A stretch of DNA of 63,186 nt, the filler included, from Methanobacteriota archaeon (lineage in GTDB: Archaea > JACRDV01), in NCBI GenBank assembly GCA_024860865.1. It is 10 parts of 10 records of this genome, joined end to end, with 100 filler letters (N's around TTAATTAATTAA, not from the genome) between each part and the next. Parts side by side here need not be neighbours in the genome. Positions count along the whole stretch, not along the records: positions 40,450 to 45,463 come from JACRDV010000145.1; positions 45,564 to 49,900 come from JACRDV010000144.1; positions 50,001 to 55,031 come from JACRDV010000146.1; 7 more parts are not named here. One strand, given 5' to 3'. Under the pieces are notes generated by a model. That model saw only the letters and a program-made list of their open reading frames with translations. It was not told the origin of the DNA and did no database searches. The position numbers were made by a program, and so were the translations under genes. Positions 41,213-51,703 of the stretch are shown piece by piece (position 1 is the first letter of the stretch; every line of letters begins with the position of its first letter).

Positions 41213-41848
41213 TTGATGACTATTAAGCGGACTGAAGGTACAACAACAGTAGGTTTAGTTTGCAAGGACGGAGTTGTGTTAGCAACTGAAAAACGAGCGT
41301 TGGCAGGTTATCTTATAGCCAGTAAAAGGGCTAAAAAAATCTATGAAGTAGATTTACATTTAGGAGCAACAATTGCCGGCGGAGTTGGCGACTCGCAAGC
41401 TTTGGTTAGAATTATACAGGCAAATGCAAAACTTTACAAGTATGAGCACGGCCTTCCAATTTCAGTAGAAGCTGTAGCAAATTTAGCTTCAAATGTCTTA
41501 TTTAATCAGCGATGGTTCCCATTTATAACTGAACTGATAGTTGGCGGAGTAGACCGAACTGGTTATAGGTTATTTTTCTTAGACCCTGTGGGGGGATTAC
41601 TAGAAGATAAAATGATTTCAACTGGTTCTGGTTCTCCTCTTGCTTATGGAGTTTTAGAGGATCAATTTCAAGAAGATTTGCCTGTTGATACGGGAGTAAA
41701 CTTAGCAATCAGAGCATTGAGAGTTGCAATGGAACGAGATGCAGCTTCTGGTAATGGTATTGAAGTTGTAACCATTACTAAGGAAGCAGGTTTCAAAACT
41801 TTACCACAAAAAGATGTTGAAGATCGGTTGAAGAAGATTAAAGGCTAA
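41213..41848 (+). CDS. psmB: proteasome beta subunit
   Basis: EG|TTTVG, STGSGS, RDAASG. Confidence 0.96.
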   Translation: MMTIKRTEGTTTVGLVCKDGVVLATEKRALAGYLIASKRAKKIYEVDLHLGATIAGGVGDSQALVRIIQANAKLYKYEHGLPISVEAVANLASNVLFNQRWFPFITELIVGGVDRTGYRLFFLDPVGGLLEDKMISTGSGSPLAYGVLEDQFQEDLPVDTGVNLAIRALRVAMERDAASGNGIEVVTITKEAGFKTLPQKDVEDRLKKIKG

Positions 41849-41904
41849 AAAATTTCTGTCGGTTATCTCTTTCGATTTTTATAGTAAAAGGTAGTGGATA
41901 CTAG

Positions 41905-43812
41905 ATGGGAGCAGAAGAAGTACTAAATGAAATCAAGCAGGCAATTAAACAACATTTGCCTAGTAATGTCTCTATTGTTAATATTGATTTCGAAGGTCCG
42001 GAAATAGTAGTCTATACCGACAATCCAAGTATATTTGCAGAAGATGGCGAGCTAATTCGCGAGTTAGCAAAAGTTATCAGACGCAGGATAGTTGTTCGTC
42101 CAGACCCTTCAGTCCTTGCAGATCCAGAGGATGCAGAGAGAAGAATACGGGAAATTGCGCCAGAAGATGCTAACATTACCAGTATTTCATTTGATCCAGA
42201 AACTGGTGAAGTGATAATTGAAGCAAAAAAACCAGGTCTAGTGATCGGCAAATATGGAAAAACTCTCAAAGAAATAACTAAAACAATCGGTTGGAGACCA
42301 AAAGTCACAAGAGCCCCCCCGATTCCCTCAAAGATAGTTAATAGCACGCGCCACATTTTAACTCGTGAGCGCGAAGAGCGGAAAAAAAATTTGCAGAGAA
42401 TAGGGCGTAGGATTTATCGAACGCCTTCTGGTCGCGGTGATTGGATTAGAGTTACCTCTCTAGGCGGTTTTAGGGAGGTTGGTAGAACAGCAGTATTAGT
42501 ACAAACTCCTTCAAGTAAGGTGTTGATTGACTGCGGTATTAACGTAGCCTCAGAAGAGAATGCATATCCTTACCTTAATGTTTCTGAGTTCAGAATTGAA
42601 GAGCTAGAAGCCGTAATTGTTACTCATTCACATTTAGATCACTGCGGTCTGGTTCCTTATCTTTTTAAATATGGTTATGACGGCCCAGTCTATTGCACTT
42701 CACCAACCAGAGATTTGATGTCACTATTACAGCTAGATTACATCGAAGTAACCCATCGCGAAGGCAAGGAAACACCCTATACCTCTAAGGATATTAAAGA
42801 AATGATTAAGCATACGATCCCGCTGGAGTATGGTGAAGTAACTGATATAGCTCCTGGGATTAGGTTAACTCTTCACAATGCAGGTCATATTCTCGGGAGT
42901 GCGATCGTTCACCTTCACATTGGAGATGGACTTTACAATTTCGCATACACTGGAGACGTAAAATTCGAACCGACAAGACTTTTTGAGCCAGCTGTTTTTA
43001 GGTTTCCAAGGCTTGAGACTCTGATTATAGAAAGCACTTATGGTGGACTTGAGGACATACAGCCCTCAAGACAAGATGCTGAAAGAGAACTTATTAAGAC
43101 AATTCGAGAGACCATTGCACGAGGCGGCAAAGTATTAATTCCAGTTTTTGCTGTTGGAAGAGCTCAAGAACTTATGATACTCCTTGAGGAAAGCATTAGA
43201 CTTGGTATATTCGAAAAGGTTCCTGTTTATATGGATGGTATGATTTGGGAGGCAGCAGCGATTCATACGGCTTACCCAGAATATCTTTGTAAAGATTTGC
43301 GCGACCAAATTTTCCATAAGGGGTTTAATCCATTTGTGTCAGATATGTTTATTCAAGTTGGAAGTTCAGAGGAGCGGACAAAAATAATTGAAGGTGAGCC
43401 ATCCGTTATTGTCGCTACCTCTGGTATGATGACTGGGGGACCTGTTCTAGAATATTTCAAAAAGTTGGCAGAAGATCCAAAGAATATCCTACTTTTCGTT
43501 GGATATCAAGCCGAAGGGTCACTTGGTCGAAGAATCCAAAAAGGGTGGAAAGAAATTCCAATGAGCGGAGCTAATGGAAAAACTGAAGTCATAAAAAATA
43601 ATATGGAAGTTAAAACAATCCGGGGCTTTTCCGGCCATTCGGATCGGAACCAACTAATAGAATATATCCGTAGGCTCTCTCCTAAACCTGAAAGGTTGAT
43701 AATTTGTCACGGCGAAAATCAAAAGTGTGTAGAATTTGCTAGCGCAATCCATAAGCTTTTTAAACTAGAAACTAAAGCTCCACTAAATCTAGAAACTATT
43801 AGAATTAAATAG
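41905..43812 (+). CDS. beta-CASP ribonuclease aCPSF1 (FttA)
   Basis: KH domains, THSHLDH, AGHILGS, FSGHSD; downstream of psmB. Confidence 0.96.
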   Translation: MGAEEVLNEIKQAIKQHLPSNVSIVNIDFEGPEIVVYTDNPSIFAEDGELIRELAKVIRRRIVVRPDPSVLADPEDAERRIREIAPEDANITSISFDPETGEVIIEAKKPGLVIGKYGKTLKEITKTIGWRPKVTRAPPIPSKIVNSTRHILTREREERKKNLQRIGRRIYRTPSGRGDWIRVTSLGGFREVGRTAVLVQTPSSKVLIDCGINVASEENAYPYLNVSEFRIEELEAVIVTHSHLDHCGLVPYLFKYGYDGPVYCTSPTRDLMSLLQLDYIEVTHREGKETPYTSKDIKEMIKHTIPLEYGEVTDIAPGIRLTLHNAGHILGSAIVHLHIGDGLYNFAYTGDVKFEPTRLFEPAVFRFPRLETLIIESTYGGLEDIQPSRQDAERELIKTIRETIARGGKVLIPVFAVGRAQELMILLEESIRLGIFEKVPVYMDGMIWEAAAIHTAYPEYLCKDLRDQIFHKGFNPFVSDMFIQVGSSEERTKIIEGEPSVIVATSGMMTGGPVLEYFKKLAEDPKNILLFVGYQAEGSLGRRIQKGWKEIPMSGANGKTEVIKNNMEVKTIRGFSGHSDRNQLIEYIRRLSPKPERLIICHGENQKCVEFASAIHKLFKLETKAPLNLETIRIK

Positions 43813-43862
43813 ATTGAAAAAGAAAAAAATATTTAAATTAAAAACAATTTTATTACAATTCC

Positions 43863-44453
43863 CTAGCGAAGTGTCTGTGGCATTCGATATTGCTCAATTT
43901 CAGAAAAAGATAATCTTTTCTTCTCAATTTTTGCTTCATTTTCTGAAACAATTGCTGAGTTCCCAAATGGATCTTCAATAATTAAAGTTAAACTTGTTTG
44001 CCCGTCTTTAGCCAACTTAATTAAATTTAAAACTTCTTCTCCTTTCCTTTTCTGATCAGTCGTATCTGCCCACTTTATGGTCATTTTTACAACATCAGCA
44101 ACCCTTTCTAACACACCTTCGATATTTGAAATATATCCCTCAGCTTGAGGGCCAGGAGTTATCGTTATTCCAAGTTCTGGAATTTTAATGACTCCGGTGC
44201 TTGATCGAACTACTTTAATGAACAAATCCTGAGGATTACTGACTTTATACTTATATCTAGTTGGCTCTTTTTGTTCTAAACACATGATGTCGGACGACCG
44301 CAACCCACAGTTTTTACACTGAAGCATAGTCTCCATAACTTCTCCAAAATACGGAATCTTTTCTGTGCGACCAAATAGAGTGAAGGCATCCTCCGCTTGA
44401 CAAGCAGGGCACCTTAACTCAGCAGACAGTAATGTAAATTTACGTTCTTCCAT
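43863..44453 (-). CDS. ZPR1 zinc-finger protein
   Basis: CPAC, IPYFGE, CKNCG, NIEGVL, EDPFGNS. Confidence 0.93.
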   Translation of the reverse strand: MEERKFTLLSAELRCPACQAEDAFTLFGRTEKIPYFGEVMETMLQCKNCGLRSSDIMCLEQKEPTRYKYKVSNPQDLFIKVVRSSTGVIKIPELGITITPGPQAEGYISNIEGVLERVADVVKMTIKWADTTDQKRKGEEVLNLIKLAKDGQTSLTLIIEDPFGNSAIVSENEAKIEKKRLSFSEIEQYRMPQTLR

Positions 44454-44479
44454 TTAATTTATTCACCAAAAAATAGAAA

Positions 44480-44851
44480 TTAGGCTTTGTGCTCTTCGCG
44501 ATAAATCTTAACTGCTTGAGGCGTCAAAATATATCTGTCTTTATCTATGCCCGCAATATCTCCGCCTATGCTTTGGCAAACTCCTTTTAATGTTTCAAGC
44601 GCTCGTTTTAGTTCTTCAGCATCTTTACTTGCTATCGCTTGCACGTTTACAACCAAAATGTTACCTTGATTCAATTCTTCAATGGCTTTTTGCACATCAG
44701 TGAAATCCTTAAGCCTCGCTGTTTTTACAAAAGCAGGTCTTGAGCTGTAAATTCCTCTATCGTATCCTGGTGCCTCTACTTCTATATAATCTTCAAAATT
44801 TTTTGTGCTACGATATTCTCCAAATAATTTACCAAGAAAACCTTTGCTCAT
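44480..44851 (-). CDS. sepF: archaeal SepF cell-division protein
   Basis: GNILVV...L.RA...LK...GGDIAG....YILTP. Confidence 0.88.
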   Translation of the reverse strand: MSKGFLGKLFGEYRSTKNFEDYIEVEAPGYDRGIYSSRPAFVKTARLKDFTDVQKAIEELNQGNILVVNVQAIASKDAEELKRALETLKGVCQSIGGDIAGIDKDRYILTPQAVKIYREEHKA

Positions 44852-45014
44852 ATTGATCCTCCTAAGAACTATTGGGAAGATAGAAAATTTAAATCTTTGT
44901 CAGACTTTGAGCAGACTTTAATTTCTTATTACAGATGAGTTAGTAAAATTTTGAGTATCCTCATAAAACTTTTTAAATACTATATGCTTCTTTTAGCCAA
45001 CCAACTTGTTTTGA

Positions 45015-45311
<297 letters not shown>

Positions 45312-45320
45312 GCATGGAGA

Positions 45321-45463
45321 ATGACCAAAGGAACACCGTCTTTCGGAAAGTATCAAAAGAAAGTTCATATTCGTTGTCGACGTTGCGGTAGGCGGTCATA
45401 TAATATGACTAAAAAATACTGTTCCGCCTGTGGTTTTGGTAGATCAAAAAGGATACGAGAGTA
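45321..45463 (+). CDS. rpl37e: 50S ribosomal protein L37e (truncated by gap)
   Basis: [10 protein letters not shown]...CRRCG...CSACGFG. Confidence 0.96.
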
Positions 45464-45937
45464 NNNNNNNNNNNNNNNNNNNNNNNNNNNNNNNNNNNNN
45501 NNNNNNNTTAATTAATTAANNNNNNNNNNNNNNNNNNNNNNNNNNNNNNNNNNNNNNNNNNNNAAAATTCTAGTGAAATTTATGCCAAAATTAAATAATC
45601 AATAAAAATAATTAAGGTTCCAAAGGTCAACAGAGATTTGTGCAAGAGGAACTAAAGAACAAACCCCTTCGGGAAATTATAGAGAGATTGGACTACTTGC
45701 AATGTAGTTCCAATCAGTTATTCTTTCAAAATTTAGATCTGAAGGAGGTTCTCCCCCTCCGAAAAGAATGAGCTTCATTCTTGCTCCACACTTAGGGCAA
45801 TTCGGAGCCCATGAGAAGAATTCAGTAAGTTTTTTCTGAACTATTTACTTACCAAGCCAAGTAGTCTTTTGAAGACGGTTAGAGAGTCAGTAAACGTAGA
45901 CGTATACTTTATATAATTGGAATAATTTATGGAATAA

Positions 45938-46228
45938 ATGGTGAAAATTATGCCATATATAAAGGTAGACAAGCAAGGTCGGATAGTTCTGCCCAAGGAA
46001 GTAAAGAGAGCCTTAGGGATAGAAGGGCGTTCCAGACTGGTCTACAGGACAATCGGGGGCAAAATTGTGTTCGAGAAGTTTAGTGTGGAAAGGCTCGAGG
46101 AGGCTTTCGCGAGACTTGTGGAAATCGCCCCCAGCCTTGACACCGATAGGGTGAAAATCTCGGGTGAGGACAAATATGTGGACAGGGAATACGCGCTCCG
46201 TAAAATTGGGCTTAGAAGGAGTAGTTGA
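45938..46228 (+). CDS. AbrB/MazE antitoxin
   Basis: KVDKQGRIVLPKEV..ALGI. Confidence 0.85.
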   Translation: MVKIMPYIKVDKQGRIVLPKEVKRALGIEGRSRLVYRTIGGKIVFEKFSVERLEEAFARLVEIAPSLDTDRVKISGEDKYVDREYALRKIGLRRSS

Positions 46229-46676
46229 TGTAGGTATAATCGTAATTGCGCATTTCAGGAATCCGGCACGCGAGTTCGTTGCTCGATTCCTTCAAGATGT
46301 GCTCTCCTTCAGAAAACGTATCATAATACCCTTAAGCGCTTATCTTGGAGCGTACGTGGTCATGACTAGGTACTTGAGACTCAAGGGGAACCGCGTTGGG
46401 GCCGCTCTTGGAGAGACCCTCTCGGTTGAATCTCCAGCCTTTTACGAAAATATACCGAAATTGGTTGCTGAAAAAGCAATAAGGGCGGCATCCGAGCTAA
46501 ACCTATCTTCATGGGACTGCTATTTGGTTGAGCTTGCAAGGGAGCTCGCTATACCCAAAATATACAGCGTGGATGAAGAGTTGGCAGAGAAAGTTAAGGA
46601 GGTAAAGGTCGTGAACCCAATTCCAAGGGCCTTGATGGAGGAATATCACGTTTTCTTAAAGGAGAGAATCAAATGA
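46164..46676 (+). CDS. PIN-domain toxin
   Basis: VVDVG, SSWDCYL, IYSVDE; start uncertain. Confidence 0.8.
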   Translation: MRTNMWTGNTRSVKLGLEGVVDVGIIVIAHFRNPAREFVARFLQDVLSFRKRIIIPLSAYLGAYVVMTRYLRLKGNRVGAALGETLSVESPAFYENIPKLVAEKAIRAASELNLSSWDCYLVELARELAIPKIYSVDEELAEKVKEVKVVNPIPRALMEEYHVFLKERIK

Positions 46677-46859
46677 GATATAAGAGGGGAAACCAGTTGA
46701 GTCGAACCAAACGGGTCTGCTGTGAACTTTTCTAATCTGGTGATCGAGTTCTTGAGCATTCGGTGAGGTAGAAGTTTTATTTCGTCATGTCCCCGATCAA
46801 GAGTATAGCAATCTTAAATTAAATCTTACGTCTAAGCTATTTGCCTATCACGCTCACCA

Positions 46860-47050
46860 AAACTCTGCGTTGGCTAGGCCATAGCGAACCGGAAAAAGTT
46901 GAAAAAGTTTTGTTAGATATTGTTAAGGAAGCTTCACGAGACCAAAATTTAAAAATATTAGAAAATCCTGCTTCAACGGTTAGATTTCTTGAATATGGAG
47001 ATTTCTCTCTTAAAATTTAGATTGCTTACGGACAGTAACCGACATTAAAG
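46860..47050 (+). pseudogene. MscS mechanosensitive-channel remnant
   Basis: EKVEKVLLDIV...P..VRFLEYGDFSL fragment with stops. Confidence 0.5.
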
Positions 47051-47318
47051 GACCTCTTATTCCTTAAAAAAATCAAACTAGAAAATTTTTTTAGAAAAAT
47101 TTTATGCACAGAAGTTTATAAGTTAAATAGCTTTTCTAGCTAGAATTCTTAGCTCTTTGTGGTTATATCTAACTGATTGGTTAATAAAACCAAATTTTTA
47201 ACTATTTTTTTGTTAGATTTTTACCTTACGTAAGAATCTCTAATTTGCAGTAAAATAACTTTAATCCAAAAGTATTGTACACCATTTTGCTATTTAACCT
47301 AATTAATTTTTCAAAAAT

Positions 47319-49322
47319 TTGGCGGTGATTGGAATATCAGCAATTGATGCGAAAATCAAAGAAAATTCTGGCCAAATGGATTCTAATACAAAAGTAAGAA
47401 AAGATGCAACCGACATTGCACTATTCGTAAAAGTTTCACGCGAAGATGTCGTCAAATGGGATCGTAAAAGAATAGTCGATGCTTTGCTCCGTGAAACAAA
47501 CATTTCTCCAGAGCTAGCTGATCAAATAAGCAAAGAGGTTGAAGAAATAATTGTAAATTCCAAGATAAAATTCATCACAGCTCCACTTATTAGAGAAGTA
47601 GTAAATGAAAAATTAATAGAGTATGGCCTGGAAGAGGAAAGAAAATTACACACAAGATTAGGATTGCCAGTATATGATGTTGATCAAATATTAGTGTCTC
47701 AAAACAAAGAAAATGCAAATGTCCCTCATGGGCCAGAAGCTACGAATCTTTCATTGGCAGAATCAATTAAAAAACAATATGCCTTATTAAAAGTATTTTC
47801 TCCAGATGTTGCAATCGCACATGAAAGGGGAGATTTCCATCTTCACGATTTAGGATTTGTAGACAGACCTTACTGTAGTGGCAACTCATTAGAATATGTC
47901 AAAAAATTTGGCCTCAGTTTACCTAATGCTATATCGATCTCAAAACCAGCGAAACATCCTGAAGTGCTTATAGGTCAAATGATTAAGTTTTCAGCAGCAT
48001 TGCAAGGAACTTTTGCGGGTGCTATTGGCTGGGATGCGGTTAATCTTTTCTTTGCTCCATTTTTAGTCGGCATAGACGACAAACGAATGGAACAATTGGC
48101 ACAGATGCTAATATTCGAGTTTGCACAGCAAGCAGTTGCAAGAGGAGGTCAATCAATTTTCAGCGATTTGAACATTTACTGGGAAATTCCAAAACATTTT
48201 GAAGATGTTCCTGCAATCGGGCCAGGAGGTGAATTTACCGGCAGTAATTACGAAGATTATATTGAAGAATCGCAACGATTTGCGCACGCATTATTTAGAG
48301 TTTATAAACAAGGCGATGGACTTGGAAGGCCATTCTTCTTTCCAAAGCCAGAAGTGCATATAACTGAGAAACTTTTCCAAATACCCGGGCATGAGGATTT
48401 TCTATACCAAATAGCTGAAGTCTCTTCAGAAAGGGGCAATACATACTATGTTTTTGATCGCGGAAGTACTGCAAAAATTTCAGAATGTTGCAGATTATCA
48501 TTCAAATTAGAAAAATCCGACTTCGATGATGCAAAAACACCTTGGAAGATGAGATACTCTGCAATGCAAAATGTTACAGTTAACCTTCCAAGAATTGCCT
48601 ATGAAGCTAGTGGCAACGATGATAAACTATTCGAGATATTGAGAGATCGCATGGAACTTATGGCGAAGGCACACATTCAAAAGAGAACTTTTATTAAAAA
48701 ATTGCTTGATCTAGAAAATCGCGGACCATTGAGTTTACTGGCTATGAAAAAAGATGGTGAACCTTATTATAGGATACACCGAGCAACATTTCTTTTTGGA
48801 ATGCTTGGCCTTAATGAAATGGTGCAATATCATTTTGGTCAAGAAATGCACGAGTCCAACGATGCGCTAAAGTTTGGACTAAAGATAATTGCGTACATGA
48901 AAAAAGAGGCCGAAAGGCTGGGCGAAAAATACGGGATGAGATTTGTTTTAGAACAGACACCTGCTGAGTCGACTTGCTTTAGATTAGCAAAATTAGATTT
49001 AGAACATTATCCAGAGCAAGCTAAACAAGTTATCAAGGGGCGAACAGATAGAAATGAGGTTTACTATACTAATTCTACTTATCTCAATGTTGGCGTGCGC
49101 ATAAATCCAATTGAGCGTGTTAAGAAAGAAGGCATGTTCCATCCATTGATTGAAGCAGGCTCATTATCGCATGTGTGGCTGGGCGAAGCAAGACCTGATC
49201 CAAAATCTATTGCAAATTTTGTGACTAAAACCTTTAACCACACAACTAACGACCAAATCGCTTTTAGCCCTGAATTTACAAGCTGCCTGGATTGCGGTAA
49301 AACATCGCGTGGCTTATACTAG
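47319..49322 (+). CDS. nrdD: class III anaerobic ribonucleotide reductase large part (ATP cone; lacks glycyl-radical C-terminus)
   Basis: HLHDL...RPYC, ARGGQ, SECCRL, EQTPAES, YYTNS; ends CLDCGKTSRGLY*. Confidence 0.93.
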   Translation: MAVIGISAIDAKIKENSGQMDSNTKVRKDATDIALFVKVSREDVVKWDRKRIVDALLRETNISPELADQISKEVEEIIVNSKIKFITAPLIREVVNEKLIEYGLEEERKLHTRLGLPVYDVDQILVSQNKENANVPHGPEATNLSLAESIKKQYALLKVFSPDVAIAHERGDFHLHDLGFVDRPYCSGNSLEYVKKFGLSLPNAISISKPAKHPEVLIGQMIKFSAALQGTFAGAIGWDAVNLFFAPFLVGIDDKRMEQLAQMLIFEFAQQAVARGGQSIFSDLNIYWEIPKHFEDVPAIGPGGEFTGSNYEDYIEESQRFAHALFRVYKQGDGLGRPFFFPKPEVHITEKLFQIPGHEDFLYQIAEVSSERGNTYYVFDRGSTAKISECCRLSFKLEKSDFDDAKTPWKMRYSAMQNVTVNLPRIAYEASGNDDKLFEILRDRMELMAKAHIQKRTFIKKLLDLENRGPLSLLAMKKDGEPYYRIHRATFLFGMLGLNEMVQYHFGQEMHESNDALKFGLKIIAYMKKEAERLGEKYGMRFVLEQTPAESTCFRLAKLDLEHYPEQAKQVIKGRTDRNEVYYTNSTYLNVGVRINPIERVKKEGMFHPLIEAGSLSHVWLGEARPDPKSIANFVTKTFNHTTNDQIAFSPEFTSCLDCGKTSRGLY

Positions 49323-49334
49323 GGGGTGATTATT

Positions 49335-49499
49335 ATGGAAGAAATCACAAAGGGAGAATGTCCTTATTGCGGGTCGACGAATGTTGAGCACGTAACCAGA
49401 GTGACTGGATTCTTCTCCAAAATAGAAGGCTGGAATAAAGGAAAAATTGGGGAACTAAAGGACAGAAGAGCTAGAGATAAAGAATTTTTTACGAGATGA
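49335..49499 (+). CDS. NrdD glycyl-radical C-terminal domain as a separate 54-aa ORF
   Basis: MEEITKGECPYCGSTNVEHVTRVTGFFSKIEGWNKGKIGELKDR; GGGGGTGA RBS; same frame as nrdD. Confidence 0.88.
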   Translation: MEEITKGECPYCGSTNVEHVTRVTGFFSKIEGWNKGKIGELKDRRARDKEFFTR

Positions 49500-49570
49500 A
49501 AAATTAAGTTAAAATCAATTTTTTATTTTTTCTTTTTGTTTATTATTTTAAAAATTTTTAGGTTTAAATT

Positions 49571-49831
49571 ATGAGCATCAAATTATTTTGGAAGGAAAAT
49601 TGCCCTTATTGCCCTCAAGCAAAAGAAGTTTGCGAAAAGCTTCAAAAGCAAGGAATGTATGTTGAATACCTAGATATTGATACAATTAACGGTATGGCAG
49701 AAGCTAATTTTTACGGAATAATGAGCACACCCACGGTTATTATCGTAGACAAAGAAGGAAATGAAATTACTTCTTGGCATGGCCAAATACCAGATGAACA
49801 AAAAATCATTAAATTACTTAATAAAAACTAA
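49571..49831 (+). CDS. thioredoxin/NrdH-like redoxin
   Basis: CPYC, STPT, in the nrdD operon. Confidence 0.85.
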   Translation: MSIKLFWKENCPYCPQAKEVCEKLQKQGMYVEYLDIDTINGMAEANFYGIMSTPTVIIVDKEGNEITSWHGQIPDEQKIIKLLNKN

Positions 49832-49851
49832 TTTTTTAGGGAAGTATTTTA

Positions 49852-49900
49852 ATGGATATAAGAGGTTTTATTGAAACAAGCTTTGTGGACTGGGATGGCA
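49852..49900 (+). CDS. nrdG: N-terminus of NrdG radical-SAM activase (cut by gap)
   Basis: MDIRGFIETSFVDWDG plus operon position. Confidence 0.65.
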
Positions 49901-50000
49901 NNNNNNNNNNNNNNNNNNNNNNNNNNNNNNNNNNNNNNNNNNNNTTAATTAATTAANNNNNNNNNNNNNNNNNNNNNNNNNNNNNNNNNNNNNNNNNNNN

Positions 50001-50261
50001 AAGTTTAATGTAATTTACACAGCTAAACCAGCTATGCTTTACCTTATTCTAGGAGGACTACTTGGCGGTACAGTAGGAGTAGTTGGATTTTACGCTGCTC
50101 TAAAGTTCATTAGTGTTTCAAAAGCTGTGCCAATAATTAGTACCTTTCCGCTTTTAGCCGCATTATTTGCAGTTATATCTCTTGGTGAGAAACTAACACC
50201 TCAGCTATTGGTTGGGACTGCATTAGTTGTTGCAGGCATTGCATTGGTTGGGTACTCTTAA
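50001..50261 (+). CDS. EamA/DMT transporter C-terminal fragment
   Basis: FYAALK..VS...PI...P......LGE.LT. Confidence 0.8.
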   Translation, partial: KFNVIYTAKPAMLYLILGGLLGGTVGVVGFYAALKFISVSKAVPIISTFPLLAALFAVISLGEKLTPQLLVGTALVVAGIALVGYS

Positions 50262-50264
50262 GAA

Positions 50265-50867
50265 GTGATTAATCTCCACACAAAAGCATTGGTAAAGCTA
50301 AAATTTTTTGAAGTGATTTATATAATTTTAAAATTACTTCCAATTGAATCAGTTCAACATTCAGTTTTAGAAAATATTTCATCTGGCATAAAAGAAATTT
50401 TTGGAGAAATTTTTGAAGTCCAAACTGCTAAAGAGGGACTAGAGGTTCCTAAAGATGCTTATAATTCTTCACGCAAGCAGTATAAATCTGAAGCCTTTCT
50501 TGAATTAGCTCAAAAGTTGCCAAAGCACTCGAGGGTTGATCGTATTTTAGCTGTTACAAATGTTGATCTTTATGCTCATCCTTTAAATTTTATTTTTGGC
50601 CAAGCACAAAAACCTGGCAAAGTTGCATTAATTTCTATTTATAGATTAAACCCAAGATTCTACGGTCAAACTTTTGATGAGCAACTCTATAAAGATCGAA
50701 TAGTTAAAGAAGCTGTTCATGAGTTGGGTCATACTCTTGGACTTGCTCATTGCAAAGATATAAAATGTGTAATGGTATTTTCTAACAGCATTATTGAAGT
50801 GGATAGAAAAAAGAAGTATTTTTGTGAAAAATGTTGGAGCGAAGTAATTAAATGGAAGTCAAAATAA
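50265..50867 (+). CDS. amzA: archaemetzincin Zn protease
   Basis: KEAVHELGHTLGLAHC...CVM.FS...D.K...FC..C. Confidence 0.93.
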   Translation: MINLHTKALVKLKFFEVIYIILKLLPIESVQHSVLENISSGIKEIFGEIFEVQTAKEGLEVPKDAYNSSRKQYKSEAFLELAQKLPKHSRVDRILAVTNVDLYAHPLNFIFGQAQKPGKVALISIYRLNPRFYGQTFDEQLYKDRIVKEAVHELGHTLGLAHCKDIKCVMVFSNSIIEVDRKKKYFCEKCWSEVIKWKSK

Positions 50868-51292
50868 GACAAGTGAGGTCTAGCGACCTCTTTCGAGTAA
50901 TCGAAATTGAATACGCTTCTTTTAAAGATGCTTATGCTCCATTTTTGCTCCTAGAGCTTTACGAGACTTGTTACAATGGATTTTTAGTGGCTGAGATAGA
51001 TGAAATGGTCGTTGGATATGCAATTGGAATTTCTGATAGAAATCACGGAAGGCTCATATCCATCGCTGTGGATCCAAAATACCGAAAGCGCGGGGCGGGA
51101 AGTGCGCTTATGAGGGCTATTTTGGAACAATTAAAACAAATTGGTGCCAAAGAAGTGATGTTAGAGGTTAGAGAGGGCAATACTGAAGCAATAGAGCTGT
51201 ATTTAAGCTTTGGCTTTGAAAAAAAAGGGCGAATGAAAAGCTATTATTCTGACGGAGAAGATGCAATAATAATGGAAAAAAAGTTAATTTAA
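50852..51292 (+). CDS. RimI/Ard1-like N-acetyltransferase
   Basis: SIAV.P.YR.RG.G, LEVR..N..AI.LY, YY.DGEDA. Confidence 0.92.
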   Translation: MEVKIRQVRSSDLFRVIEIEYASFKDAYAPFLLLELYETCYNGFLVAEIDEMVVGYAIGISDRNHGRLISIAVDPKYRKRGAGSALMRAILEQLKQIGAKEVMLEVREGNTEAIELYLSFGFEKKGRMKSYYSDGEDAIIMEKKLI

Positions 51293-51595
51293 TGGTTTTC
51301 TCAATTCAATTGTAGCTTCTTTCTTAGAACGATTTGCAAGCTCTCCAAGTCTCTTCGTGATCAATTTTATTTCATTTGGGTTCCGTTGAGAAAGCGCTTG
51401 TGTGATTTGCCTAGCTAAAATGAAAATCGCATATTTATGCTCAGCTTTTGTGCGATGGATGTGATGCGGACAAATATTCAAATTTTCATATTCTTGAAAA
51501 AAATCTGTTGAAACCCCATCCACCCTGATGTGTTCCATCACATTCACAAGAACTTTGTGTAAATGAATGAGCTCATCTTTATAGATTACACGCAC
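51284..51595 (-). CDS. UPF0058 family protein
   Basis: KDELIHLH...F.EY..L.I.P.HIHR.K.EHKYAIF. Confidence 0.85.
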   Translation of the reverse strand: MRVIYKDELIHLHKVLVNVMEHIRVDGVSTDFFQEYENLNICPHHIHRTKAEHKYAIFILARQITQALSQRNPNEIKLITKRLGELANRSKKEATIELRKPLN

Positions 51596-51703
51596 TCTCC
51601 AAAAAATAAAATCACAACTATACTACAGTAAACAACTTACTCATAAAAGTTTCTGCCAGAAAAAAATTTTGCAAAGAAAAAAAATTTAATTCAATTTTAT
51701 AAT

